Source: Balanoglossus misakiensis (lineage: Eukaryota; Animalia; Hemichordata). Taken from it: a DNA stretch of 64,000 bases. The translations under genes and the position numbers were made by a program. Below are positions 52,201 through 64,000 of this stretch, piece by piece. The notes below the pieces were generated by a model. That model saw only the letters and a list, made by a program, of their open reading frames with translations. It made no database searches and was not told where the DNA came from. The DNA is taken from contig CM082596.2 of the NCBI GenBank assembly GCA_040954595.2, forward strand, positions 8,321,124-8,385,123, read 5' to 3'. How positions within the stretch are numbered: the stretch's first letter is position 1; the number at the start of each line of letters is the position of its first letter.

Positions 52201-55200
52201 AGTCTTCAAATTTCTCACTGTAGAACGACTTGGAGTCCAGTCTTCATCATCCCTATCTGATGTCACTGCCTTGTCATGGTTACCCACTGGATGTCTTCTC
52301 GCATTTGATTTCACCAAAGTCCTCGGTTTGCCTTGTATTTTTGCTTTCAACGTTCCCGCATTTGCTCTGTAGATTGGACTTGGCCTGGTCAACACGTCGT
52401 CTTCCAAACTCCTGCTACCAACAGAGGCCGGTGGTGCTTTCACTTTTTTGACTTGTCTTGTTTTCTTATTCCTTCTTGGTCCATGAGTGTTGGCGCTGTT
52501 ACTTTCACTCTTCACAATTTCCTCTCTTTTCCTCTTCATCTTTCCTCTGCTGCGCGACAAGACGTCACCTTTTGAAGACTTCACCTCATTATCTGCCTGC
52601 GCACACTTTGAACTGTTGGTAGCTGGTGCCCTGTCACCACCCTGTCAAGCAAAAATCAAAATGTGATTACTAGGTTTACTTCTCATTCCTTCTCCTGGAG
52701 TAATGGGTGCCTGGTAGGACAGAGATTGCAATGTGTATGTTTAGCTCTGTTGTGCTGATATCACAGCTGCATGTGTGAGCTGTTGTTTGCTCCCCAGGGA
52801 GTTGAATGGAATTAAAACTAGCTCCAATGACCAGGGGTAATAATTGTTAAAGCGCATTGAGATGTTGTATCTAATGCGCTATATAAGAAATCATCATTAT
52901 AATTATTAATAGCAGTAACAGCATAAGCAAACCAGTCATCCTCCTTACATGAATATTAATTACTGTGAATATTAAAGAGTATGAATATTAATTAGTTGTC
53001 GGCACTCAAGCCAACCTGGGCAGAACCCTGCAAGAAAAACACAGTGAATATGTTCAGTGTAATCATTACCCATGATTGATGGTAACCTTCATCTGGAGGG
53101 TCTTGTACTTGCTTCATCCCACCAAGATTTCTTTTGCGCTGTGATGGACCACTTGATACACTTCCACCAGAACTGTCATCACTGACACCATCCTCAGAAT
53201 CAGTAGCTGTACACGGCTTCTCAGGTTTCCCTTTCTGTGATGTTACCAATCTTCCTGGTTTGTGCGGTCTTTTCGCTTTCTGTGTCCTTGCATTTGCATT
53301 TACATCTGGAGCGCACCTGGTCAGAATGTCATCTTCCACATTGCAGCCATACACAACTTCATCAGGGGCCGTTTTTACTGACTGTCTCGCTGTTTTATTT
53401 TTTCCTCTAGATTTACTACTAGATGCATTGTCTTTATTTCTGCCTTGATTTCTTCCTGATCTGAAATCCTGTTCTATTGCATGATGGTGACTTTCATCGG
53501 AGTTCACAGTCCTTTCTTCCAGCTTGGTCTTCTGACGCTTTGAGTCTGTCCTTTGGGGTGTTGGAGGGTGTCTGTGTTTTGAGGTTGCCTTCATCGTCTG
53601 TTTGGTAGGAACTCTCTCCTCCGTCCCCTGAATGAGTCTGATATTTCTCCCCTTCACATCTGTGCTCTGTCTGGGAGCGGTCGTAGTGTGCTGTATTTCA
53701 CTCAATCCCTGTGTATTCTGTGGCGTATATGAACTATCATTTGATGACTGGCTGAAGTCATAACCGGTTGCCTTTTCGTCAAGTTCTTGTTTTTCCATCT
53801 GCAGATGGTATGTGGATGTCCTGCTGGAATTTTCAGCTTCTCTTGTCCCTCTGCGGCCATGTTTACTCTTAGGAGACTCCGCATCCTTCGCAGATTGATG
53901 ACTGTCGGGTAACGCCCTCTGCTGACCTTTGACACTGTTGACATAATCGTTTTTCTGCTGTGGTACATGTATTCCCACCTGTCTGGTCTCACGAGCAATT
54001 ACTTGTCCCGATCGCGATTTCTTGGGCGTGGTGGCATCGCAATTATGCGTCCTACATTCCTGTCCACAGTGTGCACTTCTGTCACTGGAGACTTCCTCTT
54101 TGACGGCCGGCTGTTGTACAGATCTCCAAGCTGCACTGGATTCCTTGCTGGTGTTCCATTCACTGCATTGCCCGTCTCTCATAGGACTATTTCTCACAGG
54201 ACTATTCTGTACGTCTTGATAATGCGACCTGACAGATGACCTGACCTCCGAAGGATGAAAATTTCGACTTGCATCTGTAGAATTATCACCGTTGTGTAAA
54301 CCTTCTCTGGTGTAGTTTCCAACTTGCAATCTGTGTGGCTTGCTGAGGTGTGTCTTATTCACATAAGTAGCACTGGGTCGCAAGAGTGTCCCGTTCTTCA
54401 GTACTTTGATTTCGGTATTTGTTGGTGGGCAGGTCATCACGGAACTTCTTGGTGGTTCCGTATCACGACACTCACTCTTCCACGGGCTACTGGCGGTTGT
54501 GGTTAGCTGATTTTGAACAAATCTATTCTGATCAACTGATCGATGATGATGATGATGATGATCTGGTTGATTTGATTGTTTCACATTATGACTTTCTGAC
54601 TGTTCGTAAGGTATCTCATCATCACGTTTGGGTTGTTTTGCCGAGATGCAATCATTATGTTGGGTTCTATCGATGGTCACAGCTGGACTGACTTTGAGCG
54701 TCTCAGACTGGCTGGCGTTTCGCCGACTCGTGTCGCGGTTATCGTAATACTGCGACATCATCGTGGAGACTGTGCTTGGTTTGATGACGCTGCAGTGTGT
54801 ACCACGTCGCAGCAGTTCAACTGATGGCAGCCCGTGTCTTTTGACATCATCACTGATGAAAGGGCAACGCTTGTATATGTATTCTTGTTCAACTACTTTG
54901 TGCTTGTCCGGCGCTGAAATACAAGTCAAGAGTCGTTATTGTTTGAATAACTGATGTGGTTAACCATTTCACCGCAATAATTCAGTCCAAACCCATTGTT
55001 TCCAAAGGGGTGAAAGGGTTCCAATGATCACCATCATACTAGACTGCATTCGATGTACATACAATAACGAAAACCAGCATTTTTCAGATCTGGTCTGTGG
55101 TACTGTAAAACATTATTTTCGCGAGTTAAACTTTTCACGCTATTTTGGCTCTCGCGTATTTGGCGAAAATTTATTGCTCATGAAAATAAAGTGTTTTACA

Positions 55201-58200
55201 GTACTATGAGCAGGAGAAGATAAGAATTATTGATGACTGTGAGCGTTCTGTTCTGTTGTGTTCTTTAGTTCTGAATTCAATAGGCATAGGTTGATCACCG
55301 ATTCTGAAAGATGTCAGGGAAATACTCTAATACCTAAATACAGAGATGATAGCCTCACATTAGTCTGGTCCCCTGCCCCATTCCCACCGCTGGCTGCGCT
55401 ACGCTTAAAGGGAAAGGGGTCAGCTACGACTGCCATCTTGGCCAAAAAACCTGGCCCGCATATTATAATGAAACCATAAGACCATAAGCAAGATGGATGC
55501 CTCCAATGTCCGTACGCCAATGACAGCCATGTTTACAAAAGCCCGTGCCTGACGCTTTCCTTTTAGCGTAGCGCAGTCAGCAGTGGGAATGGGGCAGGGG
55601 ACCAGACTAAGCCACACCTCTGTTGCTTACCTGACTGTATAGGCATCAAGAAACCAATATTGAATTCCGGTGAGATGAAAGGGTGTTGACAAGCTTCCCA
55701 TGGAGTCATTCTGATGGCTGTGAAAATAGAAATGAGGAAAAAACGTGATTTCACTTTCCCAGTCCACAGGTCATCTTGATCAGATGATATCTCGATACTT
55801 TCTGCGGTTGTTGAAAACTGCTTCTGAGTTGACAATGAACATACCTGGTACAACAAAACCTGTCGAAAGCAAACACCAAAGGGACTGAGAAAATTGATCA
55901 GTTGCAGAGGTGTTCGGTTTACAGAGGTTCTTTAAACATGGTTCTATGTCAAAGGGACATGAAAAGGTGTTCGGTATAGACAGGTTTCCAGATAAGCCAG
56001 AGATCAGTTCAGACAGGTTGTTACTTCATATAAGCATCAGTCAATTTAATTGTGTTATTCGGATTGTGAACCAGGAGTATAATCTTTCAGCCAAATTATT
56101 CCACTGCTCTTGTGGTTGATGATGGAATGCACCATTAGTTGTTGGACATACCTGGATCATACTGTAGCAGGCCGAGCAGAAAAGTTACAAAGTGCGCATC
56201 ACCTGAATGATCATGTGGCCACAATCTTCTCATCAACCTTTGAAATACTGTATCTATAAAGAAAGCAGAAGTAGATACTTTCTGTAAGGATTGGTGCGAT
56301 TCTTGCAGATTGGCAAACGAACAAGGTAAAGAAAACAGGCATGATTGCAACATCTCAAGTGGGTTAGTAAAGTGCCTGTTTCTCACTTGGACACCAACGA
56401 TTAAACAAAACTGAAAGCCCTAATAGCTTTTCTACTGTCCACATGTCTTCAACATTTGTTTATATACCCTGGTGATCATGACAAGTACGCACTGTAAAAC
56501 ACTTTATTTTCGCGAGCAATTAATTTTCGCCAAATACGCGAGAGCCAAAATAGCGTGAAAATAAAAAGTCGCGTAAATTATTTTTGAAGATAACGATGCA
56601 GTGAATGAAATAAGGGAACGCGAAAATTAATACTCGCGAAAACAGTGGCCTCTCTCGATATCGCGAAAAATTTAACTCGCGAAAATGAAGAGTTTTACAG
56701 TATGCAGCTTGTCCACACTAGCGCCCTCTTGTGGTAGATATGGTTTGTCCCTCTACTATGCATGACTTTTGAATGCAACACATTGGAAATTCCAAATTAC
56801 CACCTCATATTAAGCAAGCTAAAACTGCATGATAGGATAATGAAAAATCATCAACGCATACTGTAAAACGAGTTATTTTCATGAACAATGAATTTTCGCG
56901 AAATATGAGAGCCAAAACAACGTGAAAATAAAAAGTCACGTAAAAATGTTTTTCGGACATAACGGTGCAGTGGAATAGGAGAACGCATAAATTAATCCTC
57001 GCATAACAGTTGCCTGTTTTGATATCGTGAAAATTTCCTGTCGCGAAAATTACCCGTTTTACAGTATCCTGTGTCTTAATTGTGACATGTTTTGTAAAGT
57101 TACATTCACAATAACCAAACAAAAGTAGTTCTTACTTAGTGATGATGGCTCTGTATCCACAAAACTCTTCAACTCTGTGTAGAATTTTCCTTTTCCTGCT
57201 AGTTTGTGTGGAATTGGTCCTAACAGTGAGTACATCTCCTGTACAACATCTTTTCTTGTGTCTCCAATAAATAGCAGTTCTCCTAGAAACAACTAAATCA
57301 AAACCATCATAGTCAGACAAAAGACTAATAGAATCTCACACTCCCAAGGACTACATTTGACATAGAATATGCTTAAAGGTATACGGTCACCTATGGAAAT
57401 TTAGCTACAATTACCATGGCAAATTGAGATCTAGCCAATCACAGATGTTCAGTGGGTGGCACAAGTGAAAAAAAAGGGCACCACCATATGTTCTATTTTA
57501 TCTAAGTGTCAAATCTCACCTCTGCCAGAGTACATCCTAGTGACCACATGTCAATTTCAATGCCGTAAGGTGTTCCAAACATTACCTAAGCAAATCAAAA
57601 CAAAACAGAAAAGTGAAAATTAGTTACAACAGTGTTGCCAATTCCAAGAGAGACCCTCATATTCCATCAATCATGATGATGTAAAAAAATGTCATAAACC
57701 CAGAAATAAAAAAAAAAGATCCTGACTTCAGAAAATGTAAGGTATAATGTTCCTGGTTTTCAGTTGAACTTAATATTATATTTTTACACTGTGACAGCAG
57801 ATAATATTCATCTTATACTTTATGGTATAGCCAGATCATTCCTACAAGTTGCCAGGTCTTTTTCTACATCTATGCACATCAAAATAGTCTTTTCATTATA
57901 CTGAATTTTATTTTGGATTCTACACATTCTACGGTAAAGTTGGACATCTATCTACATGATCTAGTGGACTGGAGTGTGAAAGGGTTATGCCAAGACTAGC
58001 AAAATGCACTCCTTGTTGTAGACTGGTGCATGTTTCTCTGTTAGTCAGTGCTGGGCACAGAAAGACTACATGACCGACTGCACAGTTGACCATCTATGCA
58101 AGAATGTAAACGTGCATATTGAAATGATTTGACCAGAATCAATGAGGTCAGCGATTGATGAAATGTCACTGGAACCGTCAAAGAGAATAACCCTGAATGC

Positions 58201-61200
58201 GTTGGACAGGAAAAGCGTGCATGATTGTGGACTCCAAACAGAACTAATTATGCCAGGGGTAGCCATCTTCATTTGTCAATAACCTGTAACGCCACTTTTG
58301 AGTGGGCACAGGTTCCCTGCAATTAAAGGGACAAAGTCTCTCTCTCGCTGCCCTTTTTCATTAATTATGTTTGATACAAGACACCATTTATGTTATTCTA
58401 CATGTGGATATATAGCGAATCAACGTTCGACCACATACAACTTCCATCCCGTTTGTAGGATATGAGAGTAAAAATGAATGGTAGAGACCGATTATTCATT
58501 TTGACGAGTTTTTCACTCTCGTGTCTACAAGCGGGATGGAAGTTGAGTGTGGTTGAACGTTCATTCACTACATATACACATATACATTAACATAAACGGT
58601 GTCTTGTATCAAACATAATTAATGGAAAAAGGGCAGTAACAGAGAGACTTTGTCCCTTTATAAACACACAAGTCCACCCTGCAGACAGAGATCCCAAAAT
58701 AGATGATGAAACTCACCGACCTTCAACTGTATGAATATCAAGGACGCGGCTTGAAGAAGGGGGGCTTACAATTAACAATAAATCAAATAGCATCTAGGTC
58801 ACCATCAGTACTTTATCAAGTTTTCACTCAGTAGAACTTGACACTGCTGACTGCACAATGATATCACCTTGACACAATTGCATTTAATGTGATTTTCACC
58901 TTTTTAATTTTAACACAATGGTAATAGGCCATAAGTTCAGTTAATAGGCAGAACAAGTATCTCTTGACACTTTTATCAGTAAATTTGTATAAATCTATAA
59001 TTTAATATTTTTCAGATACTACAGAAATTAGGATTTTATGGCTGTATCAGCAAAATTGCTTCTGTTTTAGAAGTTTTTGTTTGTGATCTGAAAAGAACCG
59101 ATGTGCTTATGGTTCCTAGGTACTACTGTAAAGCATTTTATTTTCGCGAGTTAAATTTTTCGCGATATCGAGAGAGGCTACTGTTTCGTGAGTATTAATT
59201 TTCGCGTTCTCTTATTTCATTCACTGCATCGTTATCCTCAAAAACAATTTACGTGACTTTTTATATTCACGCTATTTTGGCTCTCGCGTATTTGGCGAAA
59301 ATTAATTGCTCGCGAAAATAAAGTGTTTTACAGTATTGTTTATAATTGATCAAAGTGTACATGTGGACTGGTTGGACTGTTGGCAAGATCAAAGCCAGAA
59401 ATTATCCTATGTACATGTAACAGTAATTTTCATCTGTTGGTAATAATACAAAGTATTTGAATACTGCCACCAAGAGTTCATACACAGTACAAATTTCCTC
59501 CACAGCCAGTAGAGGGCCAATTATACTGCCACCACAGACAGCTGCCTTCATTGTTTAGTGTGACTTTTTTTTCTTTTTCTATGACAATACAAATCAATTT
59601 TTATTACACAGAAAAATGTGAACACTGACTCAAGAGACAAATATGGGCCACATGTACTTCCAATTCAAAATACTCTTTAAAATGTTTTACTCAGCACCAA
59701 GTTAACACCCCCAGTTCTGTCAACAGTTCCTTCAACACAGCTATACAATACAGAAGGATTGAACACATAATGCTCTATTTGGAAGGGTCTGTCCACCTGC
59801 GTATAGCAAAGTTCATATGCTTGTTGATCGAAAACTGAAGTATATTTTTCACAGATGTAAGTTGAGCATAAAAACAACAGTCATGCAATCACTCTAAACT
59901 AAAATGGTTATCTCAGTTCAAGGTAACTCCACTCAGATGAGACACCTTACTATTACCTTTCCTAACGTTATAAAAAATAACCCCAGGGCAAGGAAGAAGA
60001 ACTATTCCACCATATCCTCACCACACAAGTATGACTCCACCATCGACAAGTGCACAGTACACACAAGAAAAGCATCCACCCACTGGGGTGGCCTTGTTTC
60101 AAGTGTACGAAATCTTACAAACGCAGGTGAAATGTACCATGACATATCACCAAGGGCACTGTAGGGCTTCGGTCCTATCACTTGCAGATGGAGCCAACAG
60201 ATTAAAGGGACAAAGTCTCTCTCTCGCTGCCCCTTTTTCCATTAATTATGTTTGATACAAGACATCGTTTATGTAAGTGGATATATAGTTAATCAATGTT
60301 CGACCACACACACCTTCCATCCCAATTGTAGACACAAAAGTGAAAAAACTCGCCAAAATGAATAATCGTTCTTTACCATTTATTCATTTTGGGCGAGTTT
60401 TTACTCTCATATCCTACAAGTGGGATGGAAGTTTTGTGTGGTTCAAGGTCCTAGCCTTTTTTCAGGAATGTGTACGGCCTATTAGACAACCAACACCTTT
60501 ATGTAAAGAGCCCAAGTCCAAACACAGCCTACTTGTGTGTTGAACTTATTATATACCTTCTACCCTCCAATGGTCATTTGACACCATTTTGCAACAATTA
60601 TTGGGGAATGAAGAGCCATATACGCCTTGAACTTGAAGTCAAGGCTGATGAAAACTCAATACATTGTTATAAAATTATAGAAAAGAATTGACATCCAGCC
60701 AAAAATAGATTGCTGAATCATTCAGTATGTGAATACAAGCACATGTACAGAAATGCACTGTTCAATTGAGCACCATAGATTACAGCAGTAGCTGTATTAC
60801 ATATAATTTTATTACGTGTTTTAATTTTAACCCTTTAACCCCCGTTCCCTCTATAGAGGTCCAACCTTCCCATTGAAAACAACGGGTTTGGACTGAACCA
60901 TGGTGGTGAAAGGGTTAAATTGACATTTAAAAGAAAACTCTAAAGATTCACAATCCAAAGGAAAAACATTTTGTTCAATTTTACGTCATTAATTGTGGAT
61001 AGGACATTACAGAAACTTTGGTGGAGAAATAATGGCTTAGGAATTGATTAAGTTGATGATAGGAATTCTGCAGATCTTACTGAAGATAATCAAGAGAAAG
61101 CTAGGGGAACATCCAGGATAGGGCGATAGACAATTGTTCAAATATGACAGCATCCTGTCCACACTGTAGCCATCAGCAGCATTCCATCTAGCATTGTAAC

Positions 61201-64000
61201 AAACACGGATTTTTAAAGTGTGAATTACTTGAGAAATTATGGACGTTTCTCTGCATCAGCATTATACTGTAAAGCAGGAAATTTTCGCAAATGATAGATT
61301 TTCGCGAACTTTGCGAGAGCAAAAAAGTGTGATAATAATAGTCGTGGAAGAACAATGTTTACAATGTTATTCGGAGATAAGTCGCCTCTGTTGATATTGC
61401 TGAAATTTCCTGTCGCAAAAATTTCCTATTTTACAATATATCTTTACGTGTAATATGATAATGGCATACTAGATCTGTTTTGAAGTGTATACATACTACA
61501 TATCGGCTCAGCTGGCAATTTCTAATGCAAATTCAGATTTCATTTAAAAAGCCATACATGCATGTTCTACCACTACATGTTTGTGTATGTGACTCAGACT
61601 GTGAGTGTCCGACAGTTTATCTTGTTATGGTGACTTTGACCCTACCATTCACATGGAAATAATTTAGTAAACATGTTGATTGAAAAAATGACAATGAAAA
61701 ACGTGCCAGCCACTGTTCCATTTCCAGATGTGTTCTATTTCCTTGTTTAGTTCCCATGACAACAGTCTTGTTTTGTTTACTAGTGTAGCCTTTACCTGGA
61801 CTGAACTGGGAAACCTTGAACAGAAGTGATTGTCACTAGTGAAGGAGAAATCCTGGATGAAGGTTTCTTGTAATGAATAATCTCAAGTTGTTCTTTGGGA
61901 ATATATTGTGAATCTTTTTCCAAGGTTAACATCCCACTTTCTGACAACTTGCCAAGGTTTCTTGCTGATACTCCTAACACATGGCCGTAATATGAACTGT
62001 GCATTGTCAATAAGCACGTGTATTTAGGGTGGTACTGCAGTTTCTAGGGCGATTTTTGGCCAAATCTGACATTGTGACCAATGTGAGACATGTTGGTTTG
62101 TCTCATGCTGAAAATTATGATACGACACATCCTGTTGAAAAATGTGACTAAGTAAAATGCAAGTACAGTGCTGATGGTGAATCCAATTCCAGTGGTCTCG
62201 GTCTGGTAATCTGATGGGAAGAGACAAAGTCTTATTGTGTGTGCACATCTTTTAAGATGCAAGATTCCCTTTCATGTTTCCTAGGCTTTCATCTTAAGCA
62301 AAATCAAATTAATGACTTAATGATGTATAGTATGCCCTAGATTTTATGCCATTGCATTTACAATTATATTTCACTGCTTGTTCAAAGATTTCTGCATAAT
62401 TAACTTTGCGCTTAAACTGAGTTTTTGTTTGTTAATTTAGGCGGCAGTTTCATTCTTTTTTCTCACAATTTTCCACAAAATTCCTCCAGTAATGTATAAA
62501 ACCACATGATGTATCAAAGGCCCATGAGTTGAAACTTTTTGTATTATTTTTGTTATTTTACCTTCAACAGTTGATGCAAGCTACGTACTGATGGGGTGTA
62601 TACTAGTATATTGAGCAGGGATCAATCTGCAATAATGAATACTCTGATCTAGACTAATTAATGATAAATTAATACATATAATACAGAAAAACGTCAAGCT
62701 ACACATTCAGCAAGACTACACTTAGGATAAGCAGCTCCGAAAATGCATTTTTCAAACACAATCTGACCATCTAACCTAGAAACAGAATGGTAGTCTACAT
62801 TACTTATTGGCCTTGGATTTTGTGAACATGTTTGAGGTCAGAATTGTACAAAGTCTCATTAACTGTGAATTATCCACCATTATCAATAATCTCTTGTCGT
62901 TTTTGTTGCATTGAAAGCTCACACTACTCAATTAAGCAGGATATTTATTGCTATTATAGAATAATGTGATTACCAAGGCTGCTTGACTTGTAACCAAAGT
63001 AACAAGTCATTGTCAATGACACAGTCCCTGTTGGATCAAAACATTTCAAAGGCACTGGTAGAAGTCAAGTTGAACAATATATATGTTGCTTGTGAGGTTC
63101 ACATGGGCATTTCATTTTTAAAAAATTAAAAGAAATACTTTTTTTCACACCTACCATTCTCTTTTCATAGTATTTACAGGTGACAATTCATCAACAATGA
63201 AAAAGGCACTGAAATGACCATATTGGATTACATCACAAAACGAACCAACATGCATATCTCCCAATACAGTACATGTATGTTGTCCTACCAAGTTTGAATG
63301 AATGTCCAAGTTCTCTTTCAGGACAGACAGACAGACAGACATACAGGCAGAGAACAGGGCCATAACTAAGCTATTCTTGTGCTTGTCCCATAAAGCCTGA
63401 GGCTATCATGGTGGCAGTGTCATTGTTTAGCTAGGCTACAACAGCAATGGTGTCAATTCTAAGCCAGGCTCCCACAGCAGCAGTCCAACTGCTAGCTATT
63501 AGGGACTGGTCAGCTTCTTCGGCATGGGGGGGGGATTCTTTTTTGTGTGGATTTGTGGATATCAAACAGTGACTGACCCCCCCCCCCCAATGAATATGGA
63601 AAACTGGGTGATCCCCCCCCCCCCCCCCCCCCCCCCAATTCCAAGAGAGGGTGACCTCTCCCATGAATCCACTGATGGGTATATGTATTAATGTAAATTA
63701 AGAGTTATTGTACAGCCTTAACCCTTACACCCCAAGAAAACTCTGTAGACGTCCAACTTTACCATAGCAAATGATTGATTTGGACCAAACCATGGTGGTG
63801 AAAGGAATGTTTCAAGCGATGATGCCTACAAACAGTGAAGCACCTGTATGTATATTCTGTAGTCTCTGGCTCCATGGATTACTGGTGTGTCTTGATGGAA
63901 TTTTACTTTCTAAATTTCAAACTTACCTCTGGAGCTCTGTACATGAGTGTTGTCAGATCAAAGTCATCATGAAAGATGGACATTTCTGAGTCAGAAAACC
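49257..64000 (-). CDS. Atypical CMGC (DYRK/HIPK-like) Ser/Thr kinase with long low-complexity C-terminal tail, 5'-partial; exons 64000-63927, 57585-57520, 57292-57136, 56253-56152, 55717-55631, 54913-53070, 52641-52150, probable last exon 49274-49257
   Basis: The spliced C-lobe reads DDFDLTTLMYRAPE|VMFGTPYGIEIDMWSLGCTLAE|LFLGELLFIGD...LLGPIP...FLLGLLQYDPAIRMTPWEACQHPF (subdomains VIII-XI) and continues in phase into the large 54913-53070 exon. The terminal exon (EVLLL*) is less certain. Confidence 0.85.
49500..49676. mobile_element. Non-autonomous TIR element with TAG...CTA termini and 9-bp TSD
   Basis: TIR TAGACTCTCTCACAGCCC; CTGGGGCCT duplicated at 49491-49499 and 49677-49685. Confidence 0.8.
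49905..51529 (+). mobile_element. Helentron-associated non-autonomous element (HINE / DINE-1-like) with internal ~240-bp tandem array and microsatellite
   Basis: 5' subterminal GGTCCCATT (49928-49936) is complementary to the 3' arm AATGGGACC. 3' stem-loop at 51490-51526, (CATC/CATA)n at ~51395-51472, central tandem repeats, A-runs at both ends. Confidence 0.75.
50061..50985. repeat. ~240-bp tandem repeat, about 4 copies (core of the HINE)
   Basis: CTGCTCTGGATGCC recurs at 50061, 50300, 50539 and 50780. Confidence 0.95.
51532..51724. mobile_element. TTAA-flanked MITE (TIR AGGTATACxGTCACC); reversed partial copy at ~57373-57495
   Basis: TTAAAGGTATACAGTCACC ... GGTGACCGTATACCTTTAA. Confidence 0.75.
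52690..52910 (+). mobile_element. 3' half of a SINE with LINE2-like tail
   Basis: CCTGGAGTAATGGGTGCCTGG core, then AAAGCGCATTGAGA...AATGCGCTATATAAGAAA and an (ATT)n-like tail, as I recall for deuterostome SINE 3' ends. Confidence 0.55.
55101..55203. mobile_element. MITE family A, short internally deleted copy
   Basis: TACTGTAAAAC...GTGTTTTACAGTA. Confidence 0.7.
55361..55609. mobile_element. Non-autonomous TIR element with ~55-bp GC-rich TIRs, TAG...CTA termini and an imperfect ~10-bp TSD
   Basis: TAGTCTGGTCCCCTGCCCCATTCCCAC ... GTGGGAATGGGGCAGGGGACCAGACTA; flanks AGCCTCACAT / AGCCACACCT. Confidence 0.75.
56490..57066. mobile_element. Two MITE family A copies (56490-56702; divergent copy 56859-57066)
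   Basis: Same TIRs and internal sequence. Confidence 0.75.
58323..58661. mobile_element. MITE family B copy
   Basis: Same long TIRs as 728-1086 and 7106-7460. Confidence 0.8.
59124..59335. mobile_element. MITE family A copy, opposite orientation (another divergent copy at ~61265-61438)
   Basis: Same TIRs, reverse-complement interior. Confidence 0.8.

Noticed and set aside
52992-54929. 645-aa ORF as a stand-alone gene
   Set aside because: It starts at a TTG inside an acceptor region and has phase-compatible splice sites at 54913 and 53070, so it is an internal exon of the kinase gene.
55563-55856. 5' extension of the kinase exon suggested by the 97-aa ORF
   Set aside because: The upstream AG gives phase 0 while the preceding exon needs phase 1; the acceptor at 55717 restores the DPxxRMT motif.

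Overview
AT-rich, intron-rich eukaryotic DNA, most likely from a marine invertebrate such as an acorn worm or another non-vertebrate deuterostome (inferred from gene content and repeat types, not proven). I rebuilt the gene models by hand from splice sites and phase continuity. (1) ZFYVE26/spastizin on +: 35 exons in the window, 5' end outside it, stop at 35124. It carries a FYVE finger and, unexpectedly, a DUF547-like domain spread over six exons. (2) An intronless RING-Bbox-coiled coil-filamin-NHL TRIM gene lies antisense inside one ZFYVE26 intron. (3) A second spliced antisense gene or pseudogene, encoding a putative secreted Cys-containing protein, lies in another ZFYVE26 intron; the ORF track shows only one of its exons. 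(4) An 88-bp satellite array with higher-order structure. (5) RAB4 (-) and an ARF/ARL GTPase (+) are head-to-head around a ~530-bp CRE/ETS/YY1-rich spacer. (6) The 3' part of an atypical CMGC (DYRK/HIPK-like) kinase on -, with a long disordered tail containing a duplicated motif. Introns are dense with non-autonomous DNA transposons (TA-, TTAA- and 9-bp-TSD types), a Helentron-type (HINE) element with a satellite core, and a SINE fragment. I found no rRNA, tRNA or CRISPR array. Family assignments come from recalled motifs; no searches were run.
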